Shown: piece after piece, positions 21,575 through 29,009 of the stretch
Position numbering within the stretch: position 1 is the first letter of the stretch
Layout of the letters: each line of letters begins with the position of its first letter
Assembly (NCBI GenBank): GCA_963422395.1
Contig: OY729431.1
Coordinates: 1,632,001-1,696,000 of the forward strand
Length of the DNA: 64,000 nucleotides
Source of the DNA: Vicinamibacteria bacterium
GTDB taxonomy: Bacteria > Acidobacteriota > Vicinamibacteria > Marinacidobacterales > Marinacidobacteraceae
Direction: 5' to 3'
Notes under the pieces: generated by a model
Seen by the model: the letters and a program-made list of their open reading frames with translations, nothing else
Databases searched by the model: none
What the model was told of the DNA's origin: nothing
Translations under genes and position numbers: made by a program

Positions 21575-22732
21575 TCAGCCCATGATCGCGATGAGATCGG
21601 CGTCGCCGATCTCCCTCCGCCGATCGGCGAGGCGCTTGAAGTCACGGAAGATGTCACCCATCTCGCTTTCGGTGGGCTCGAACCCGAGTTCGCGGAGCCG
21701 CGCGCGGAGCGCATGCCGGCCGCTGTGCTTGCCGAGCACCAGCACATTTCCGGGCGCTCCGACATCGTGGGGATGCATGATCTCGTAGGTGGCGCGGTGG
21801 CGCAGAACCCCGTGTTGATGGATCCCCGCCTCGTGGGCGAAGGCGTTTCGTCCCACGATCGCCTTGTTCCGCTGCACTGCCATTCCGGTGATCTCCGAGA
21901 GGAGCCGGCTCGCGGCGCAAATCTCCCGAGTATCGATTCCGGTTCGGACGGGATACAGATCGTGGCGGACGCGGAGGCCCATCACCACTTCTTCCAGCGA
22001 TGCGTTCCCGGCGCGTTCCCCGATGCCGTTCACCGTGCACTCGACCTGGCGTGCACCCGCGAGCACCGCCGCCAGGCTGTTCGCTACCGCCATTCCGAGG
22101 TCGTTGTGACAATGGACGCTGATCACCGCTCTCTCGATCCCCGAAACGGTGCGCCGCAGGTGACCGATCAGAGCTTGGAACTCATCCGGCATCGTGTAGC
22201 CGACCGTGTCGGGGATGTTGATCGTCGAAGCCCCCGCCTCGATCGCGCACTCCACGACTTCGGCGAGAAAGTCCGGCTCCGTGCGGGAACCGTCCTCGGG
22301 TGAGAACTCCACATCCTCGGTCAGCTCACGCGCCCGCGACACCGATTCGGCGGTCCGGCGGACGATCTCCCGTTTCGCCATGCGCAGCTTGAATTCACGG
22401 TGGAGAGCACTCGTCGCGAGGAAGACATGGATCCGGGGTCGGGGGGAATCCCGAAGAGCCTCCCAGGCAGCTTCGATATCCCCGGGCACGCAGCGCGCGA
22501 GCGCCGCGATCCGCGGCCCCTCGATCTCCCGAGCGATAGCGTGGACCGCCTCATGGTCTCCTTCCGAGACTGCCGGGAAACCCGCCTCGAGGACATCGAC
22601 CTGAAGGCACGCGAGCTGGCGAGCCATCCGCAGCTTGCCTTCGAGGCCCATGCTGCAGCCGGGCGACTGTTCGCCGTCTCGAAGCGTCGTGTCGAATATT
22701 CGGACGCGATCCGCTACCGGGATGGATGTCAT
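21575..22732 (-). CDS. leuA: 2-isopropylmalate synthase, short form without C-terminal allosteric domain
   Basis: FDTTLRDGEQSPG, HCHNDLG, GIGERAGN, HEAGIHQ, LGKHSGR; ends at about 385 aa. Confidence 0.92.
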   Translation of the reverse strand: MTSIPVADRVRIFDTTLRDGEQSPGCSMGLEGKLRMARQLACLQVDVLEAGFPAVSEGDHEAVHAIAREIEGPRIAALARCVPGDIEAAWEALRDSPRPRIHVFLATSALHREFKLRMAKREIVRRTAESVSRARELTEDVEFSPEDGSRTEPDFLAEVVECAIEAGASTINIPDTVGYTMPDEFQALIGHLRRTVSGIERAVISVHCHNDLGMAVANSLAAVLAGARQVECTVNGIGERAGNASLEEVVMGLRVRHDLYPVRTGIDTREICAASRLLSEITGMAVQRNKAIVGRNAFAHEAGIHQHGVLRHRATYEIMHPHDVGAPGNVLVLGKHSGRHALRARLRELGFEPTESEMGDIFRDFKRLADRRREIGDADLIAIMG

Positions 22733-22805
22733 GGCGAGTGGCTCCAGGGGAACGCCGCCGCCGTGCCGGGCCACGCCGCGCCGGCGAGGAGCCCCCCGAC
22801 CGCGA

Positions 22806-22834
22806 AACCTAGACACCACCTCCGCCGGTGTCAA
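22806..22834 (-). promoter_or_regulatory. sigma70 promoter of the leu operon (TTGACA-N17-TAGGTT)
   Basis: Perfect -35, 17-nt spacer, TAGGTT -10; overlapped by GACACC-N9-GGTGTC dyad. Confidence 0.7.
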
Positions 22835-22874
22835 AGAACGGGAACCACGCTGCAGGCGCGCTCCGGAGCCGATC

Positions 22875-23840
22875 TCAGTCGAAGAGCGCGGTCCAATCCA
22901 TCACGATGGGCTCGGGGGTGAAACAGACCACCAGGGTGGCGAAACCAGCCCAGGCCATGAGGGTTCGCCCCGATCCGAGCGGTGACGCATCGTCGAGAGT
23001 GGGGGGATGGGAACGGCGAGCCCCGAGAACGAAACAGAGGACTCCCCACACCAACCAGGTCGGGGACCAGAGCGCGAGCGGAAACATCATGAGATGGACG
23101 ACGCGGGAGACGCGCTGCGCCCGACCCTGCAAGAGGGCATAGAGCGCATGGCCGCCGTCGAGCTGCCCCATCGGGAGCAGGTTGATCGCAGTGAGCAACA
23201 AGCCGAACCAACCGGCGAGCCCCATCGGACTCAGGTACAGGAGTTGCCCTTCGGGAACCACGGGACCGAACATCCAGGCGAAGAAACGGAACGCGAGCGG
23301 CTCTCCGAACTGAATCCCGCCCGCTGCCGCGGGGCCGGCTTCGGAAGCAGCGATTCCGACGGCCAGCACCGGGATGCAGACCAAGAAACCGGCGAATGGC
23401 CCCGCCAGGCCGACATCCATCAATGCCTGCCGGTTCGGAAACGGCGAGCGGATACGGATGAACGCGCCGAGCGTCCCGACCATGGTGAACGGCATCGGGA
23501 GGAAGTACGGCAGGCTGGCGTCCACGCGATAGGCGCGGGCGGTGAGCCAGTGCCCCATCTCGTGACAGAGCAGGATCGCGAGGAGCGAGAACGAGTACGG
23601 GATCCCGTGCCGGATCCAGGTGCCGATCCATTCGAACCGAGAGAGCTCGGCCCCCGCCTCTCCGAAGAGATCGGGGGATCGGGCCGCGATTCCGAGCACC
23701 CCGCCCACCCAGAGAGTGGTTCCCAAAGTGGCAGCGAAGAGCGCGGCGGGCAGTAGCAGCGCCGGTCGCCGCGCCCTCACCGGCGGCGGGGACCACCCGT
23801 CCGGAGCATCGGCCGGAAGGAGTTCCGGCTCGGGGGTCAT
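22875..23840 (-). CDS. site-2 protease (M50 family)
   Basis: HEMGH, AGP, NLLPMGQLDGGH; multiple TM segments. Confidence 0.9.
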   Translation of the reverse strand: MTPEPELLPADAPDGWSPPPVRARRPALLLPAALFAATLGTTLWVGGVLGIAARSPDLFGEAGAELSRFEWIGTWIRHGIPYSFSLLAILLCHEMGHWLTARAYRVDASLPYFLPMPFTMVGTLGAFIRIRSPFPNRQALMDVGLAGPFAGFLVCIPVLAVGIAASEAGPAAAGGIQFGEPLAFRFFAWMFGPVVPEGQLLYLSPMGLAGWFGLLLTAINLLPMGQLDGGHALYALLQGRAQRVSRVVHLMMFPLALWSPTWLVWGVLCFVLGARRSHPPTLDDASPLGSGRTLMAWAGFATLVVCFTPEPIVMDWTALFD

Positions 23841-25100
23841 CGATCCGGGTAGAGGAGGTGGGGACGCCTCTCGGCGAGGAAGCGCTGCACCGCCGGCTCC
23901 TCGGCCTCCATCAGCTCGGCGACCCGGACCCCGGCCTCGATTCCGCGCCGGATCCGATCGGTCCCGAGGAGCAGGTCGAGCCAGAAGCGGCCGTCGCTCC
24001 GGCGCCAGCCGAATTCGTTCGGGTGGGCCGCCCGCACCGCCTCGATGGCGGTGAGACCGGCCCGCACTGGACGGAGCGCATCCAGATCGGTGACCACCAC
24101 CTGCAGTCCGACAGCCGTTTCTCCGGCGAACAGGGGATTCTGCGCCGCCGGAATCGGGCGCGGGGTGAATCGGGCTGCCATCACCCGGAGCCCCGGGATC
24201 GCGCCGGATTCCGACAATCGGGCGAGCCAGGCTTCGGAATCCACCCAGGGGGCGCCGACGACCTCGAACGGGGTCCGGGTGCCCCGCCCCTCGGAGAGCA
24301 ACACTCCCTCGAAGAGGCCGAACCCCGGATAGACGAGCGCAGTGTGCAGTGTCGGGATGTTGGGCGACGGCGGACGCCAGGGAAGGCCGGTCTCTTCCCA
24401 GCGGGCGCCGCGCCGCAGATTCGCGACCTCCACCACCCGGACCGCGGCGCCTTCGCGGGCTGCGTAGAGGCGCGCCAGTTCCCCGACCGTCATCCCGTGC
24501 AACAACGGCAGACGATCCGGCCCGACGAAGGAACGAAAGCGGGGATCGAGCATCGGCCCTTCCACTCGATCCCCTCCGTTCGGATTCGGGCGGTCGAGAA
24601 CCCAGAACTCGATCCCGGCCTGCGCCGCCGCCACCAGAGCGTTGCGGAGCGTCGAGATATAGGTGTAGAAGCGCACTCCGATGTCCTGGATGTCGAAGAC
24701 CAGCGCGTCGAGCCCGGCGAGCGCCCCCGCCCTCGGGGCCCGATCGGCTCCGTAGAGGCTCACCACCGGGAGGCCGGTCTCGGGATCGGTTCCCGAAGCC
24801 ACCGCCTCTCCGGCGGCCACTCCGCCGGAAATGCCGTGCTCGGGGCTGAAGAGCACCTGCACCTCGACTCCCGCCTCGGCGAGCGCCGCCGCCGCCGGGC
24901 GGCCGTCTCGAGTGCGGCCGGTGTGGTTCGTGAGGAGTCCTACCCGCTTCCCGGCGAGGTCTCCGGCTCCATCGGTGACGATGCGGTCGAGACCGGGCAG
25001 GACCTCACCGGAACCGAGCCGATCTGCGGGACCGCCGCACGAAAAGAGGGCCAGCGCTGCCGCCGCCGGCGCCCAACGCGCCGCACACCGCCGCGGGGCG
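23837..25100 (-). CDS. DUF1343 / NamZ-like exo-beta-N-acetylmuramidase, probable lipoprotein
   Basis: GLLTNHTG, LFSPEHG, SLYG, FDIQDIGVRFYTY, LDRPNP, PSPNIP, SEGRGT. Frame extends upstream of the listed ORF to an LALFSC lipobox; start not resolved. Confidence 0.85.
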
Positions 25101-25124
25101 AAAGCCGGCCTCCGGCAGCGGCGA

Positions 25125-26198
25125 TCAGGGGATGTCGTCAGGAATCCGGTCCACCCATCCGTACGGATCGGGATTTCGGCCCAGCCGGATACCGGTCAGA
25201 CGCTCGCGCAGTTCGTCCTGTAGCGGCGTTTCTTCGGGCAGCCGCACCTCCACGCCATCCCCGGTGAGGCGAGCGACCGGAGTGATCACCGCGGCGGTGC
25301 CGACGCCGAAACACTCCTGGAGGGTCTCCCGCGCGTGGGCGTCGGCCACCTCTTCGATGGAGATCGGGCGTTCCTCCACTTCGCGGCCCATCTCTTCTCG
25401 CAGGAGGTGGATCACGCTGTCACGAGTGATCCCCGGCAGGATCGTCCCCGCGAGGGGCGGAGTCACCACCCGCCCGTCCACCACGAACATCATGTTCATG
25501 GTGCCGCATTCCTCGACGAAACGATGCTGCTTGGAATCGAGCCAGAGCACATTGTCGCAGCCATGTTCCCTGGCTTCGGCCATCCCGAAATAGCTCGCCG
25601 AGTAGTTGCCCGCCGCCTTGGCTTCACCGACCCCGCCTTCGGCGGCGCGAATCCAGCGCCTGGTGACATAGAGGCTCACAGACCCTTCGTAGTAGGCGCC
25701 GACCGGCGCGGTGAAGGTCAGGAAGCGGTACTCGCGCGCTGGGCCGACTCCGATGTACGGGTCCGCAGCGAAGAGAAAGGGGCGGATGTAGAGCGAACCG
25801 ACCTCGTTTCCGGGAATCCAAGCCCGGTCCAGTCGAACCAGTTCCCGGATGCCTCCGAGAAAGAGCTCTTCGGGAATCTCGGTCATCACCAGCCGGCGGG
25901 CGGACCGGTTCATCCGCAGCCAGTTCTCACGGGGTCGAAACAGGACCGGGACGCCGTCGTCGGTCAGGTGGGCTTTCATCCCCTCGAAGATGGCCTGCGC
26001 GTAGTGGAGCGCCGCGGTCGCCGGGTGGAGCGCGATGTCGCCGAAGGGAACGATCTCCGGCGCGGTCCAGCCTCCGTCCCGACATCGGGCGCTCAGCATG
26101 TGATCGCTGTACACCCGGCCGAACGACACCTTCGCGAGGTCCACCTCGGGAAGCCGGGAGCGCTTCACACGCTCGATGCAAATCGGGTCAGCAGTCAC
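25125..26198 (-). CDS. ilvE: branched-chain amino acid aminotransferase
   Basis: LHYAQAIFEGMKA, LYIRP, AKAAGNY, EECGTMN, ILPGITR, GTAAVI. Confidence 0.94.
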   Translation of the reverse strand: MTADPICIERVKRSRLPEVDLAKVSFGRVYSDHMLSARCRDGGWTAPEIVPFGDIALHPATAALHYAQAIFEGMKAHLTDDGVPVLFRPRENWLRMNRSARRLVMTEIPEELFLGGIRELVRLDRAWIPGNEVGSLYIRPFLFAADPYIGVGPAREYRFLTFTAPVGAYYEGSVSLYVTRRWIRAAEGGVGEAKAAGNYSASYFGMAEAREHGCDNVLWLDSKQHRFVEECGTMNMMFVVDGRVVTPPLAGTILPGITRDSVIHLLREEMGREVEERPISIEEVADAHARETLQECFGVGTAAVITPVARLTGDGVEVRLPEETPLQDELRERLTGIRLGRNPDPYGWVDRIPDDIP

Positions 26199-26246
26199 GA
26201 GGAAAAGCGCTGACGCCGACCGGGCGGGCGCTTCGGCGGTGGAATT

Positions 26247-27584
26247 CTAGCCGTTTCGCCGGCGGCGCCACCCGACCACCACCCAGCCGGCGGCGCCGGC
26301 CAGGAGGAGCGGCCAGACAAGCCAGGACCAGTCAGGCGCAGTGCCGCCGGCGAGCAGCCAGGCCCGGGAGAGATCGCCGAGGCGCGGTTCGAAAAGGTGC
26401 CAGGCGGCATGGCCGGCGATCACCGAGAGCAGCGCGTTCAGCGCGAAGCGGGACTTCTCGCTGCGGCCCAGCAGATGGAGAAGAGGGATCACCGCCAGTA
26501 CCACCGCGGCCTGCCCCGCCTCGACTCCGAGATTGAAGGAAAACAGCGCGAGCGGAATGTGGTCACCCGCGAAGGCGAGCGACTCGCCGAGAGCGAAGGC
26601 GAAGCCGAAGCCGTGGAACAGACCGAACAGGAAGGCGAGCACCGCGCGGCGCCCCACGCTCGCCGCGATGAGGTTCTCGGCGGCGGTATAGAAGATCGAG
26701 AGCGCCACCACCGCTTCGACGAGAGGAGCGAACCATCCGGCCGTCGGAGCGTGGCCGAGCGCCGCGGCGACCAGAGTGATGGAGTGGGCGACGGTGAAGC
26801 CGGTCACGATCAGGAGCAGCCGCCGCAGGCGCGAAAGCCGGCCGAAGGGGGCGATGAGGCAGATCAGGAACAACAGGTGGTCCCAGCCGGTCAGGATGTG
26901 CTCCACTCCGGAACGGGCGAAGGCGCGAAACGCCTGGATCCCCGACGGATCGAGCGCCACCCGCCCCTCGCGGACGCTGATGTGGAACAGATTGCTCTTC
27001 CACTCTCCCGCTTTGGAGTCGGGCCGCTCGTACAACAAGTCGAGCGCCACCCGGTCGCCGAAACCCGGAGCGACTCCGCACTCGATGGACACGCTGCCGG
27101 AATCGGGAGCCGGATAGCTCAGATAGAGGTCCAGGAATCCCTGGTTCCAAAACACCTGCGTGTCCGCCGGGAGGGACTCGGCGAGCACCGCCTGCCTGGC
27201 GTCTTCGAAGGTGGTGAAGGATCGGTCCCACGGGAGGGCGATGCGGAAGTTCCGTAGAGTCGCCGGCAACCGGCTGCCGTCGGGGTGGAAGAGCGGCGCT
27301 TCGGCGGCGAACGCCTCCCCCGCCCGGCGGAGCGTGGGACCCGCGCGTTCGAGGTCCAGATAGCCCGCACCCCACTTCGGCACATTCAGCGACAGGAGCA
27401 GGAGCAGCGGAACCCGAGCGAGCAGGTGCAGCTCGCCCCCGGATTCCCGCACGAAAACGGGAATGCGAACTTCGTCCGGGATGTCATGTGCGGCCACCGG
27501 ACGCGGCGCAACGCTCAGCGCGAGGACGGAGAACGCCAGCGCGCCGGCGAGGCCCGCCGGACAGCGGCGCGCCGCAGCGTCCAT
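26247..27584 (-). CDS. HupE/UreJ-family membrane protein with extracytoplasmic N-domain
   Basis: Signal peptide ending AAH; GVEHILTGWDHLLF, FTVAHSITL, FGLFHGFGFA, FNLGVEAGQ. Confidence 0.85.
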   Translation of the reverse strand: MDAAARRCPAGLAGALAFSVLALSVAPRPVAAHDIPDEVRIPVFVRESGGELHLLARVPLLLLLSLNVPKWGAGYLDLERAGPTLRRAGEAFAAEAPLFHPDGSRLPATLRNFRIALPWDRSFTTFEDARQAVLAESLPADTQVFWNQGFLDLYLSYPAPDSGSVSIECGVAPGFGDRVALDLLYERPDSKAGEWKSNLFHISVREGRVALDPSGIQAFRAFARSGVEHILTGWDHLLFLICLIAPFGRLSRLRRLLLIVTGFTVAHSITLVAAALGHAPTAGWFAPLVEAVVALSIFYTAAENLIAASVGRRAVLAFLFGLFHGFGFAFALGESLAFAGDHIPLALFSFNLGVEAGQAAVVLAVIPLLHLLGRSEKSRFALNALLSVIAGHAAWHLFEPRLGDLSRAWLLAGGTAPDWSWLVWPLLLAGAAGWVVVGWRRRRNG

Positions 27585-27655
27585 CCGTTTCCCGGAAAAC
27601 TCGCTCCCCGGGAGCCGCCTACCGCCGCGCAGCCCCGATGCAATCCCTCGCGAAC

Positions 27656-28849
27656 TCAGGGCTCACCCGCGTGATCGGACGAGCCGTCTCCATCGTGCTC
27701 CGCGCTCTCGTCGAGGTTCGACGAAACCACGAACTTCTGCGCCCGCCGACCCTGGCTCACTTCAGCGGTGTAGAAGTTCCCCATGGAGTCCACCACCAGG
27801 TTGTGGACCCAGTGGAACTGCCCCGAGGTACGGCCCCGGCGGCCGAAGAAGCTCTCGATCACCATCGCTTCGCGATCGATGATGTGGATCCGCTGGTTCG
27901 CGCCGTCAGCGTTGTAGAGGGCACGCTGCGCTTCGTCGGGGGAGAGTTCGAGGTCCCAGGTGGAACCGTTTCCGAGGGTGTTCCCTTCCACGATCAGCTC
28001 GCGGACGAACTCCCCGTCCTTCTGGAAGACCTGGATGCGGTTGTTCACCCGGTCGGCGACATAGACCATCCCGTCGTTCGAGATCCGCACCGCATGGACC
28101 GGCGTCCGGAACTGCTGGATGGGTTCGCCGCCCGGGACGAACGGGCCGGAGTCCTCGTCGGAAGGCTCGTTTCCGTAGGCGCCCCAGTGGCGGAGGTACT
28201 CGCCGGTTTCGGCGTCGAACACGATGATCCGCTTGTTCAGGTAGCCGTCCGCCACATAGAGCTCGTTCGTCGCCGGGTCCACTTCCATGTCGGCCGGCCG
28301 CCCGAGGAACTCGGTGCTGTTGCTGCCCTCGGTGCGGCCTGCCTGCCCGATCTGCATGAGGAAGGTTCCGTCGCCGCTGAACTTGAGGACCTGGTGGTCG
28401 TCGGGACCGTTGCCCGCAAGCCAGACATTCCCCAGGTGGTCCACGAAAATACCGTGTTCGCTCGCTGGCCACTCGTAACCCTCGCCGGCGTACCCCGCGG
28501 CGTCCCCCCAGCTGTCGAGCAGATTCCCGTCGGTATCGAACTTGAGGACCGGCGGCGCCGGATTGCAGCACTGGGTGAGCGGCGGATCCTGCATCAGGCC
28601 CGCCTCGTCGGCGTTCAGACTCCTCGGACGGTGAACCAGCCAGATGTGATCGTTTCCGTCCACCGCGATTCCAGAGACCTCACCGACCAGCCAGTCATCG
28701 GGCAGGATCGGCCAGGCCGGGTCCACTACCGGCATGTCGTGGCGCCCTTCGTCGGAATCGGGAACGCCGCTGCTCCCGGCCGCCTGGCACCCGGCGAGAA
28801 CCGCCGCGGCCGCGACCGAAGTGAGGAGCGCAAGAGCCTTCGTCGTCAT
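27656..28849 (-). CDS. NHL-repeat beta-propeller lipoprotein (peptidyl-alpha-hydroxyglycine lyase-like)
   Basis: Lipobox LAGC; repeats HGIFVD, YVADGY.NKRI, YVADRVNNRIQVF, GQFHWVH. Confidence 0.85.
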   Translation of the reverse strand: MTTKALALLTSVAAAAVLAGCQAAGSSGVPDSDEGRHDMPVVDPAWPILPDDWLVGEVSGIAVDGNDHIWLVHRPRSLNADEAGLMQDPPLTQCCNPAPPVLKFDTDGNLLDSWGDAAGYAGEGYEWPASEHGIFVDHLGNVWLAGNGPDDHQVLKFSGDGTFLMQIGQAGRTEGSNSTEFLGRPADMEVDPATNELYVADGYLNKRIIVFDAETGEYLRHWGAYGNEPSDEDSGPFVPGGEPIQQFRTPVHAVRISNDGMVYVADRVNNRIQVFQKDGEFVRELIVEGNTLGNGSTWDLELSPDEAQRALYNADGANQRIHIIDREAMVIESFFGRRGRTSGQFHWVHNLVVDSMGNFYTAEVSQGRRAQKFVVSSNLDESAEHDGDGSSDHAGEP

Positions 28850-28919
28850 GTCTTCCTCCCGGGAGCGCCGCCCCCCGAACGATCCGCATCGCCGGGAACG
28901 AGCCGCGCCGGACCGAAAT

Positions 28920-28947
28920 AGTGTAAGGGAATCCCCGGTTCTCGCAA
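28920..28947 (-). promoter_or_regulatory. putative sigma70 promoter (TTGCGA-N16-TACACT) for the NHL gene
   Basis: Consensus-like hexamers about 70 nt upstream of the ATG. Confidence 0.45.
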
Positions 28948-29009
28948 ACCGAGCGCCCGCCGCTTCCCGGAACGGCTCCAGTTCGCCGAGGCGGACGATG
29001 GCTCTTCGG

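Noticed and set aside
22733-22805. Leucine attenuator leader peptide
   Set aside because: No short Leu-rich ORF or terminator hairpin with a U-tract found.
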